A DNA stretch of 64,000 bases, from the NCBI GenBank assembly GCA_002633005.1, contig NMRA01000017.1, positions 858,157 through 922,156 on the forward strand, given 5' to 3'. Source of the stretch: Phoronis australis. Taxonomy: Eukaryota; Animalia; Phoronida. Position numbers and translations under genes: made by a program. Position 1 is the stretch's first letter. Every line of letters starts with the position of its first letter. The notes under the pieces are model-generated. The model saw only the letters and a program-made list of their open reading frames with translations, was not told where the DNA came from and did no database searches. This document shows positions 22,401-34,300 of this stretch, one piece after another.

Positions 22401-23696
22401 TTGAGCAACACGAAAACATTACATCAGTGTTTCTTTTCTACAATGAACTTCCTATTTTCAGGCTGTTCATATGAAATCCGGTGTCCGATATTTCTGAGAG
22501 AAATATAATGAACGCCAAAATTGCCCATGTCCCAGTCTTCAAAACCACGAAAATTCAATTTTAGCTTGTTTTTGTGTTCCAAAAGGTAGAGACCGTTTCA
22601 AAATAGACAACTTTTATCGCAAAACATTAACCTCTTCATTAAATGCAGTGCCAGTAGTCTATGTTTAGTATGGTGAACTCTACCAAAAGGTCACAAGGTC
22701 AATTCATGGCTGAGCACTAGTTATGCAGCTGCGGTGCTCCAGTTGACATAGTTGTATGAATGAGTAGCAGGCATAGATGGGAACTAACCTGCAATGGACT
22801 GCTGTCCCATTCAGTGTTAATGGAAATGTTAACACACATCACATCTAATCACATACTGGGTTTTTCACAACGTAAAACTGTTCCCCTGTGCCACCCACTT
22901 TGAAGCCAAGGCAACTCTTGGTACAGGTAGGTTGCGTTACAAGTCATCGGCAGACTTTTATGCAGCGTTTGTCCAAATGGACGCCCTAGCACTAATATGG
23001 ATGCCCTGACAAGGACGCCCAATGTATCATTCGGAAGCCCACTGTCAATAGGAACCTTTCAAGTTTGGACTCGCACATTGTAATGAATACTAGGAAGCCT
23101 CTGAAGTCTCACAGTGGGGTCTCTTTTTTCAAAGCAGGAAGAAATATACAATGTACATACAAAGTATATACAATGTTGCTGTGCTCACACTTAGTTGATA
23201 GCATTGTAGAAGTCTTAGTCTACAGTTTTTTTAGTGAAAATGCTCACTACAGAAGGCTGTGTCGTAAACTTAGATTTACAAACCTTGGTCTATGCATTTT
23301 TTGTAAAAAAATCTGTGTGTTTGGGGGGATTGCTGGGGGTGGGGGGTTACGCGTCGGAATCATGGACGTCCTGGAATATTGGGAACCCCATTTTGGACAC
23401 CCTATTTTCGAAATCCTGGATATATAAAGGCCTGGTCATCGGTCCCACGTATTCTGCCCCCATTCCTTCCTGAAAATTCCATTGTTTGTACTGTAATGTG
23501 CTTGCTGATTTAGAATAACCTTTTAGACAGTATTGATTCAAAAATGCTTACAGGTCAGGATGTGTTGTGCTGTGGTTTCTCTGGTGCCATGTATGGGGGC
23601 TTATTGTGTGCAGCCGATGTCCTGCACAGGAATCTACTGAAAGACCTTATGTCACTGAAGAAACAAATTGACAAGCGCAGCAAAAAGAACAACTAG
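7443..23696 (+). CDS. RETSAT: All-trans-retinol 13,14-reductase (retinol saturase), 12 exons, 631 aa
   Basis: Exons 7443-7662, 9591-9773, 10428-10537, 11310-11444, 11920-12121, 12504-12701, 13609-13728, 15257-15383, 20044-20174, 20859-21025, 21916-22075, 23554-23696. All introns are GT-AG with matching phases; total 1896 nt. N-terminal membrane anchor followed by [17 protein letters not shown]; FAD-binding [12 protein letters not shown]...[26 protein letters not shown]; also [67 protein letters not shown]; C-terminal KKNN* dilysine ending. Confidence 0.95.
8088..8624 (-). mobile_element. Non-autonomous miniature LTR retrotransposon (TRIM) with a tRNA-like Pol III promoter in both LTRs (Helenus/Cassandra-like), in RETSAT intron 1
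   Basis: LTRs at 8088-8242 and 8472-8624 with TG...CA ends. 4-bp TSD GGTG at 8084-8087 and 8625-8628. PBS TGGCGTAGTCGGCAGGAT (8469-8452), 2 nt after the 5' LTR, is complementary to the tRNA-Ser 3' end. PPT AGGGGAA (8249-8243) abuts the 3' LTR. The interior is 229 bp and non-coding. Confidence 0.93.
14481..15112. repeat. 21-bp minisatellite (TTTAGAATCATTTGTCTTACC)n, about 30 copies, in RETSAT intron 7
   Basis: Directly visible tandem array; it produces the spurious MILKVRQ repeat ORFs on the minus strand. Confidence 0.95.
15771..19850 (-). mobile_element. Degenerate, internally deleted BEL/Pao LTR retrotransposon in RETSAT intron 8
   Basis: Diverged LTRs at 15771-16054 and 19534-19850 (tgttgtagtc...ct(a/g)ca). 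PPT aaggtggtggg next to the 3' LTR. Near-TSD tattt/tatat. Gag-like fragment RLYYLHQF...GY...LKTHYG (17715-17945). Pao RNase H region ELSAATLAV...FWTDS...FAANR...[17 protein letters not shown] (17073-17660). Integrase [11 protein letters not shown]...[10 protein letters not shown] (about 16490-16656) and C-terminal [22 protein letters not shown] (16075-16338). Many frameshifts. Confidence 0.9.
19061..19215. repeat. Array of about 20-bp palindromic units, consensus TAT(G/T)ACGCA-N4-TGCGT(G/T/A)A
   Basis: Units tatgaagcaaaagtgcgtca, tatgacgcatatttgcgtga, tattacgcatctttgcgtta, cgttacgcaccagtgtgtta, cgtgacgcatttttgcgtaa, tatcacgcacgcaaatttgcgtta. Confidence 0.75.
21610..21745. repeat. Degenerate 21-bp repeat (gagggaa(c/t)gcaaaa...), probably the interior of a small DNA-transposon remnant
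   Basis: About six imperfect copies of gggaacgcaaaa / gggaatgcaaaa at roughly 21-bp spacing. Confidence 0.55.
22951..23434 (-). mobile_element. Non-autonomous hAT-like element (MITE), same family as 45221-45976, in RETSAT intron 11
   Basis: Termini CAGACTTTTAT...ATAAAGGCCTG. Perfect 8-bp TSD GTCATCGG at 22943-22950 and 23435-23442. Both subterminal regions are homologous, in inverted orientation, to 45221-45976. Confidence 0.85.
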
Positions 23697-23853
23697 CTCG
23701 CATACAAAGTTTTATGGTACCGATGATCTTCATCAAGTCATATAATTTGGAATGAGAATTTGGATTGATAAGGGTAGTGTAAATTATCTATGATGTGAAC
23801 AACGATAGTACATGACATCCAAGGTATTTAGAAGTGGGTTTGAGTGAGAGATC

Positions 23854-23859
23854 AATAAA
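23854..23859 (+). terminator. Candidate polyadenylation signal for RETSAT
   Basis: First AATAAA after the stop codon (about 160 nt downstream). Further AATAAA motifs occur near 23936 and 24824, so the site actually used is unknown. Confidence 0.35.
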
Positions 23860-26800
23860 GAGCAACAAAAATAGCATCCTAAATAATGTTTAGCAGTACC
23901 GTGGATCATTACACTGCATGGTGTAATTTGCCTGCAATAAAGCAGTTAAGTTAGCTTGGATATGCAACAATAATGTATGAAGGCATTCACTTAGTTTTGG
24001 GGGCTAAAGTGACAGTTGGCCATTTAAGAGAACAAAGTTTGTGTTGCTTTACATGTTAATAAGCTTATTATAAGTTATTGTACATTTCAATTATGATGAC
24101 AAATACAATGTCGAGAACAAAAAGTATGTGCGATTCGAGAGTCTTTCACTGCTCTCTGATAATAATGCTCAAATCTAGTGTGAGGGTGGAAGTGTCTCGT
24201 GTTCTGAAAAACGTAATATCTTCATTACATTGCGTGTAAATTTTGTGACAAGTTGTTGCAGTCATTGCGTAGTGGTGCGTAAGAAGGTGATTTTGTAAAT
24301 TTTTACTTGTTGTGCACTGTAAATAACGGAGACGTGGAGTAATATGTTGACAAACCTTTGAGAATTAAATGCTAAGAAAATACCATTGGTTTTTAATATA
24401 ATGGTTTATACTTCGTAACTTAATGTGTAAAGTAGCAATGGTGATAGTCTTAAGGAGTGGATATTGTAAAATTTTCCAGAATTGTTTAATCGGAAAACTT
24501 TCAATGATGGCCAATGATCATTTAATTGTAAAGGTAAAAACAGTTACAAGTAATATTACCTCAGGTCACTTCAAAGTTTGGTTTCTGCTCAAGGATGCAA
24601 AGTGTACATATAATCTCCTTGTAGAGTTTCAACTCCAGACCAAAGCAGTTTCCAAGATCATATAACCTACTGTTTAGAAGCATTCTGGTGATATTTTGTT
24701 TCAACTTGCAAGTCATAACTAAATTAATGTGCCCTGGTTACGAAAGCCCAGTGGAACTACTTTCATCAACAGGTAGTTTTAAACTAAATTGCCTTTGTCT
24801 AATATTTATGGTAGTTTTTTGCTAATAAAACCAAACAACTATTCCAACATAAATTTTTATAGAAATTGAATTTCAGAAGTCAAACGGATAAAAAAATCAC
24901 CCGTTTTAGTCCACCAAAGTTTAAAAAATTCTTTCAGCCAGTATTTTATTGCCCTGATATCTTCTCCAATGTGGCAATTGCCCTGCTCCTCACAAAACAA
25001 GCTTGATCAGTAGTCCTAACATCAAGGGATTCAGTCAACTTTGATCTGTGTACAAATGTTTTTTCTGCCAAGTTTCTTAAAGTTTATTCCATTTTGTGCA
25101 CGCACAGTCTGGGTTATGCCATCTTCCTCGTCTACTGGATTCGGTGTTGTAACTTCAAACCCCCTGGATGAGCATTCATGAAATTTTGCAGACGTGTTAC
25201 AATCGTAGATTGGGCAGTACAAGCGAATTTTTGGACATGTCCAAGTACCGTGTGTTCCCTGGTGGCAACTTTACTTTTTACCATTGCCTTTGTCTTTGCA
25301 GTTCCTCAACAGATTTCCGTGAAATTTGGCAAACGGGTATCTATTTAAGAAATGCTGCCTTATCATGTTCAGAATGTATTTGACCTATTCTGTACCACCT
25401 CAAGGACGAGTATGGAAATTGGTGTATATCTTCTGCTGAGAAGAGGATTTTTGGACACCTCAGACTACTGTAGTGCCACTGTATTTCACGAACCCCGTGC
25501 AAGAACTTCGTTAAATTTGACAAGTATATTTCTAAGAAAGTGGCAACGGATGGTGTTCAATATGCCCCCTATTGACAATTTTATTTTTTATGACTGTCTT
25601 CGTAGTTTCTTGTCGGATTTCGCAAATAGGTTTCTCATAAAGGCGGGATGGCATGTTCCCATTTTCGGACAGATGATGTGCATTATGCACCACCTAATGG
25701 TCATTTTTGTTATTTTCGGTTCTGCTTTTCGTCTTCTTTCTCATTACCCAACAAACCACTATAAGGATCATTGTGAATGTCTTCTTACTGTAAAGAGCTG
25801 ACAATAATTTTCAGTTGATTCCGACTACTGTACCACAGTAGCAGTTTTGTTTTGTTTCTCATCTGTAGCGATATACGTTGAACCTCTTGCTAAATTTGAC
25901 TGAACGTGGCAACAGATGGTGACTTTCGCACAGATGCGATTACCATTGTGCCCCAAAGTGACAATTTAATTTTTTTACGTTTTCCTCCGTTCAGAGTTCT
26001 TGATGGATTTTCATGAAACATGGCACTTAGGTCTTGGTCATATCGTGCCCACGACATTTTTCTCAGATCAGTCAATAGCCATCTGTGATTTTGACGCAGA
26101 CATGGGTTCTCCAACTATTATTCAGATGAACAACGAGCTATACCAAAGTTCTTATGACTGACTATATTATGACATAATTCAACAAGAAAATTTATCCACC
26201 AGCTGTCAATCACAAAAGTATACATTTCTCATTAGAGCAACAGACAAAAAATCTTATAAATAAACAATTAGGTAAGAGGGTTAAGCTCGTCCTACACAGG
26301 CACTAACCTAACAATATTATGCAAAAATTTTCACTTATTAACACATTAGGGAAATTGTTTACAATCAACAAAAACGTGCTACTTAAAAGCATATTAAAAC
26401 ACCATTGACACCTGCTTGGGTGCTGAATCTATAAATCTGAAATCGGACTAGGTCGGATTTAAAAGATAACCAATTAACACAAGATGCACAATTGGCACAC
26501 TAATTTGCACCAGTTTACCGGAACAGTGCCATGTAATTTATCAAATTTCAAGTCAGACTTAGGGTACAAAGAACACACCGTCAGGCCATGGCAGAGTCTT
26601 GAACTGCTTTTCATTGACTAACTACACTACAACTAAAACACCAATAGATGGCACCATTGCATGCCTACAACTTGTAGAGCTTGAAAAGCTTGTACTTTTT
26701 CTTGAAAATACAGGGCAACTAAGAAACTTCTTTTACAATGAGGAAGACTTTTTGAGTGTTACATGCAATAATGAACCGTGTAGAAATCAGGTCACCTGCA

Positions 26801-28325
26801 CTGCCTTGTCTTTGCTAATGAAAGTCGCATTTTTCCCTAATGTATTTAGCTGGCTAAAACTCTAATTGGGCCTTTAACTCTCATAAAACCAGTCTTAAAA
26901 TTCCCATTACAATGTAAGGTTTAATTTGTTTTCTGTTACCAACAACACAAAATCTTCAACAGGTCAAAAAACTAGGCAGAAAATTGTTGAATTAGGTCCA
27001 GTTGCCCAACCTTGAAATTCAAAAATGGCCCGCAGGGACTTCTATTCAAAAGTAAGTCACATCCTGCGACACAACCATGGCTATTTCATGCAAGATCACC
27101 AGTTGGTTGAGGCTCTTCAGTTAAGAATGTGATGGCTACGCAAAGGGAAATTAAGCAGAGGTCAAAATCTTTTGGAAGTATTTAAAACAAAACAATACTG
27201 AGTTATCCTCATTGGCTATCAAAAGGTTGTAACAAGTTCGATAACACATTGCAGTCAGCTAAACAGCAAGGGTTGGGTAATCCACAACGGCTATGGGGAA
27301 AGAACACCCGCCTCATACCATATGAACCACTGAGTGACACAGTGAGGAAGACGTAATGGTTTCACCTCTCAGTTTTAGCTAAAATTGCCAGGCAGGAACA
27401 GGCGTTAAGGACCTTCTCCATACACGTAAAACAAAATAAAAGACAACCTTTTAAATTAATATCACATACTTAAAAACATTATGACGGAAAAGAATAGTCC
27501 GACCTATAAAATCCCACAGTTATTGTCTATTACTTAAACCGAGTGAACATTAACTTTTGTTTTCCCTAACATGATCTACTATGCAATAATAACTACATAA
27601 TTCAAAACACTAAGTTGCACTGACGCAAGCATTTTTCTAACATTGTAACACAAATATTTTTGGAACACAAAACTGTGCGTGGCCACAAATAGCTGCCTAT
27701 CCACCTACCTATCAACCGACACATCCCACAGGAGAGATGGCAGGGTGAGGGAAATGAGACATTAATTTCAAACCTGCATTCCACCCTGTTTAGCGTGCCA
27801 AAAAACAAATGACAATTTAGGCCTTTTACACTCATAAAATCAGTCTTGCAATATTCCTTCCATGACGGGATTCTATTTTCGTTACCAACAACTAGAGAAC
27901 ACAACTATTTCAGAAGAACAAGGAAATCTCAGATGCGCAAAAGTGTCCGAGAATTTATATACACAAGACTGCTCGTTACTAAAGATAATTTCTATTAAAT
28001 TATTTCTAGAATACGATGCACTCATCATAACTTGGATAAACCAGCAATTGTGAAGTTGCAGTGTATGACCAAATTTCGGTCTTAAAATCACTTTCATGAA
28101 GATAGAATCACGTAAGAATATGAACATAGAAAAATGAATTCACACACAAATGACAAAAACATGTTTAACTTAATAAATCAGTGTTAAAACCAATAACTTA
28201 AGACATAATTGCCTGGTCATGGATGTTAACGTTCAAATGCAACCACTAGTGTTCAAGAGCATTAGACCTTCTGACCTCTTTGTACTTCTGTGGTCATGTG
28301 ACCAATATTTCTGTGGTCATGTTAC

Positions 28326-31300
28326 CTAGTAACCACCATAGACAACGTTTGACTTATGACTCTGACTGTGACTGCTAAGTAACGCTTCACTTGCACTTGT
28401 ATTTTTGCGCTCCTCAGCTCGTCTGTAGCACTTTCTCAGGTTCCAGCCGGAGATGATTACCAGAAGGACAAAGGCTAAAGCAACACAAATACCATCCGAT
28501 TGTTATTATGCAGGAAAATATAATCACTGTTAACCAAAAACTACCAAAACTTCCCGAGCAATATTGAGCTTACTCTCTAAATTTAGCACCACATTAAAGG
28601 TCTTTTCTGACCTGGTGGCTCATACATAAGTTATAGTATTCCATCAAATAATAGCAATAGAATAATAAAATACATATAGTCCATTATGTTGAATTATTTG
28701 TTGAAGAGCTGACCATACATTGAAAGGAGTATGAACCTGTTGAACAACAGCGTTTGAACTAGTTATCGAAAACCGAAACACCGTATATGTTTTTCTGTAA
28801 TTACAGAAAGTATCCTTCAGAACTGAAATCCCAAAAATCTACGGTGTTTGCCATTTTGAACTTCGTAACACTCAGTGTTTTGTTTAATGAAATGCACTTG
28901 CCTAGTAACCAATGTTCCATTAACAAAATTTTGATAACTTATCATCATGATCATGTACAAACTGGCAGAACACAATGTCATGCAAAAAAATAACGAATGG
29001 CCTACACCCACAGAAATAGCCTATAATAATTATACAAATAAAAGGCCATGCTTAGGGCTGTTCCAGCAAAATCTGTGTGGGAGGGGGGAAGGCAACTGAA
29101 ATAAAAATTTATGGGTGGTTGCGTTTGATTTAAATTCAAAATGGCTGGTGGCCGTACTTCAAAAAAATAAAAATTTACAGGTCGTTGTTGTTTCATTGGA
29201 CCATAAATGTTTGATGGTGGGTAATTTTAGTAAATTTTATAAACAATCTGCACAGAATCAAAAACTGAAACAAAAATGCAACTTGCAAAAATCTCCGACT
29301 TTTTCACTCCCTCCGATCTCCTCATCGGCATGCCCATAACACCATTTAACCACAGGTGCTCGAATTTCTTGATGGCTAATAACAATATATAAGAAACATA
29401 TGTTTTCTTAGTAATGAATGACGTTAGTGGCGATGGAGGAACAGATAAACTCAAGCGCCTGTGCAGTCAACCACAAGAACAAAAAAAAATTATGGGTGGT
29501 TGCATTTCAAACTTATAAAAAATTACGGGTGGTAGGCTGAAGAAATAAATGAAAATATGGGTGGTGGGTGCGAAAAAAAGGTGCCTTCCCCCCTCCCATA
29601 CAGATTTTACTGGAACAGCCCTTATATCTTCGGGTTTGCTGTCCGAGACTGGCAAGATGTCACTGTACTCTGACTAACTTACCAAATGAACAACCTCCAA
29701 CAAGAACATAGAACACAGTAGTGTAGACACAGTGGTTCCTGATGACAGGGCTGATCTCAGTGAACGTGGGGCAATTAGACGGCCACATGGATCCCTTGGC
29801 ACAGATCTGAGAACGTGGGCATGGGATGGGCGCCTTGTTAGGACTCTGAGGGAGAAGGGGTGAAAGGAAGCTAAGTAATACAACATTACTGTAGCAATCA
29901 CTACTTACCATACACCTAGCCAATATGTCAGCTCAAACAGAATGAAGATGCATTGAAAAAATGTTCACACAGGTTCTGTGAAATGGACATAAATCAGACG
30001 AAATTTCCGATGTGAGGACAAAATACTTATTAAATGCGCTAGTACTAACAAAATCCAATTTCCTCACACTTGATCATATTTCGTTCTTTTCACCTCTTTG
30101 TAGCAAAGACGAAGTTCAGTTAAGGTGGCATACGACTTAAGTCGTCTGCCACCTTACGCTCACAGATTTTGACCTTATGATGTCATGTTATAACTACCGG
30201 TATTAGCAAACCAAATGATGCCAAAGACTTAAAAAGTGAAATTAAAAGTATACCTAGTCATCTGCACTAGGTGAAAAATGCAATTAGTGGAGTGACAAGC
30301 AAAAAGTAAAACGTTGAATCAATTGAATAAACACACTTTTGAAGGACTAGATTTCCATTTAGTTAAATCATGTATAATTTCTGCAGACAAATTTGTTTGT
30401 GTGATTGACACACTTTTGAAGGACTAGATTTCCATTTAGTTAAATCATGTATAATTTCTGCAGACAAATTTGTTTGTGTGATTGCAATTTGAATGTGTAT
30501 GGGTCAATACTTAATGTGCAAAGCAGGTGCAGCATGCACAACACTAAATCCTACACTTTCAATGTAAAGATTATTTTACAACCCTCGTCAGATTCATGAT
30601 TGGTTTACTAACGACACTTAAAGCCTGTATGATTCATGTTACATCATGCTGCAAACATAAAAAAATCTTTCTGGCTCTTCCTAACATTGTACTGCAGCTC
30701 AGGTCACAAATTTTTGTCTGACCGGTTGTCTGGCAGACTCCGACCAGACGAGCACGGGCCTGCAAGTTGTTGTTAGCTTGGTTTGTTTCTACTATGGTCA
30801 TCATTTTCAACTGTTAAAAACAAATTTATCTATGTGTTTTGTTTATAACTGGGCGTTATAATATCATTCATTAAGGTTCACAAGTAATTCCTTGTGAATA
30901 GTAGATGGGCTTAACAAACTGCAAGAAATTTACGATGTTTGTGGTTGAAGTATTCAAGACTTCTATAAAGATGTTCAAAATTAGTCCTTACAACAGTAAA
31001 AGCTTACCACTTATGGAGAAAAATATTCACCAAAATTTTCTATATTGATTTTCAAACTTACAACATTGTAGTGAATGGTTACCATTTCACAAAACATCCA
31101 TTTGTCTTGTGATAGGTTAAGTATTAGAAAATGAAATTAAAACTGAAAGAAAAATGTGTATACTTGGTGTAAGTAATCTATGAAAATGAGAAAATAGAAT
31201 TTTCCAATTGTCCACCACATCAAGTCGTACATTGGTGAGATTTCATTGTTCTCCAAACAATTCAGTTAAAATTGAAAGGGACTTACAGGACAATATTTCC

Positions 31301-34300
31301 CCTCAGGGCACTCTAAGCATCGACTTTGCCCCTTATTTATCTGGTAGTAGCCATTTTTACATGGCTTACACATGACAGGTTTAACAGAGTCTTTGTAATA
31401 TCCTCTGGGGCAAGGTGTGCAGTTGGCCATCCCAGGGGATTTTGCTTCTTCACCAATTCCACATGGAGGGCACTCGATACAGCCGCTGATGCTGAAATCA
31501 CAAATTAAGTAAAAAAGTGACCGTCTTCAAAACATTGCCTGCAATTATATACCTACTAACACATAACCCAATTTTGCTTGAAGTAATGACTTTTAACCAT
31601 TAGCAATTCAAATAGTGATACAATACAAAATCATCACTTTCTTAAAGTGGTTATAACCCATCTTTCGTCACAAAAAACAACTTTTGATTGAGACCATTGA
31701 AAACATTTAATGGTCTCAAAAAGTCAATAATAAGAGTGATCTTTGGGCTTGGAAAGAACAATAGGACACCTCGTTCTGGAACTACAAGTTGTCAAGGTGG
31801 GTCACTTTACATGCTAAACATGGTCTAGAGCAATAACAAACAGTTCTTTGCAAAGTTAACAAGAGCACCACTGACAAAGCATTGATATGCAACCATGACT
31901 GTGCAACAGATCTGGGCCACTATCAAGGAACTTCGAAAAACACAACATTGCAACCAGGCGGCACAGCTGTCATCAGATAAGTCTAAAACTCTGAAGTTGG
32001 CGATTTGTGACCTTGACCTTGTGGCTAAATGTGACATTGCTGTAAATGCGTGTCAAGAGTACCAGAGTTTACATACCTGCAATGTGATCCAATGCTACAC
32101 GGTTCACACTTGGTCTGGTCACTGCTAACGTGACTGCCTTCTTTACAAATTGTGCATGTACTCACGTTGACCCTTACGTAACCTTATGAAGAAACAGAAA
32201 AGTTAATTGATTAAATAACGAATCGGAAAGATTATGCTAATAGAGCTGTTCTCACTAAACTTGCTTTGATCACGATGTTAACCCCAAAACGTCCAATCAT
32301 AGACAGACCAAGACTGAATGATACATATTCGTTGCTGCATGCCCAAGAGTAGCCACAGTTTTTGCAATAGCCGTTCAGCAGAGTTTAACTCCAAACAATG
32401 ATTTCATCATTTTTTACATCAAATTGTGATACACCTGTTGCAACATACAACTGGGCTCACCTGGAAGACAGCTGCAGTTTCTTTGGCCCCGTTTGCTACA
32501 AAAGATGAATAATAATAAGAAATTAAATTCAAAAAGACAAACATCTCTCCCAGTCTAGCATCACCATGTTAATCATCATTGAGTATTTTAAGTACAGTTC
32601 ACCGTCATACAACACAGTCTTGATATCGTTAAGGACGAATGTCTCGTTGAGTCTAATGGGATTGATGACATGATCGCTAACGATTACTCTGTTGAAGAGG
32701 AGACAACTTTTCGCACCAAAGCGAAGTTGCACAACTCCGCATTTTAAACCACCAACTTTGAGAGGAGTTGCGATTGCTAATTAAGTGCTTGAGTTACACT
32801 TTCCATAGACCAGTACTCCGCAAAAGGGGTGTTGATGGGAAGGTGACATCAAAATAATCAGAACCCTGTGACAGCAGTAATAGCTATCTTCCAACCTCAG
32901 GAATGACAAGTTACTATAAAGCTAAGATTTTGCGAAAATAAAGAAGCATTACGTGTCCATTTTTGCTGTAAATGTTACTCACAGTAATAGTATGTACCGT
33001 TAACCATATAGCAGAGCATTTTTAACAATAGATGGCACTGATGAGGCCTAAGAATTATTAACAATTTGGCAACAATAACACCAACACCAGAAGTAATAGC
33101 AACAACAGTGACTTCATTGTTAATTCTTGGAGACAGCCAAGCCAAAACTTACTTGAGCACCGTTCCAAGGCCACATTTATCACAGGTAGTCTGTCCAGCA
33201 CGAGACTGGTATGTACCTGGGTAAAGACAATCGTATCAAGATAAGAACAAAACATTGATCACAAAGTATATTCAATTGAAAAATTGTCGTGTTTCTGTGA
33301 CTGTAAAAACACACACGCCCAGTGATTTGCAGTGAAAAGGATTGGTAACATTCATATGGAGCCTTTTTCACAGTGACTATATCTGTGAGCACACTCAGGC
33401 TTTCATAATTTCTCAATATTTTCTTAACCCAGGTCACAAACACAACTACACCTTTACAAGGCACCCTGATTGCAGGTAATGGTTAGTGTGATAATCATTA
33501 TTATTACAATTATATCCACTCAATCCAAACAAAGTGTTATGCCCCTGATGTCAACTTTCCAAACATGTAAAGTACAAGCTGACACGAGGACGAAATACCC
33601 TTTCCCACTATAGCAGCTTATTGCTTTCTGAGTAAAAATGTCATGGCTCGTCACTTGAAATTACAAATTATTCTAACGGCGTTTCCATCTTGTTAATTAT
33701 CCTCATGATTTTTTGGCCATTCACCAATCATGACAAGGAATTACTAAATTTCATCTCGTAACTTTTAACATGTCTAGGGTGTCACTTTGTGTTACCCACC
33801 ACGATGTTTATCTCTTACCAGGGGAGCAAGGAGAGCAGTTTACTGTCCCTGTTGTATTTGAGATGCTGCCTGGTTCACAGAGTGAGCAGGAGACACAACC
33901 AGTTACACTGAAAAGGAACACAGAACAGCCATATGACAGCATTCAGTAATATGTCAATTTCTTACTGTGAAGCCAAATTTTTCATAACTCGTAGCCAGTA
34001 CAGCAGGTTTTGGCCTCACATTATGGGATACAACTTGAAACTAAGGTCTTTCCTGAAGCTTCATGGAGACCCTTTGTCTTCTATCTTTCAGTGAGTTAGC
34101 GTTCCAAATTATACAGGTAACTGCATGACAGTGTTTTCCTGTTCAGTGACTTTAAGAGATGTAGGGGGTTTTGAGTGTGTGATAACATCTAGCTTCTTTG
34201 TTAACTGCCAAGCACATTCTTTTGCCTGTTATGACAACGAGTAGGCCAATTATCTACCAGGCTTATTACAGACCAGGCATGAACACAGTCAAACTCAGAG

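Noticed and set aside
32461-33907. Apparent mutually exclusive exons (33907-33819 and 32495-32461 have identical phases)
   Set aside because: A 64-nt phase 1-to-2 exon at 33216-33153 links them, so all three fit constitutively.
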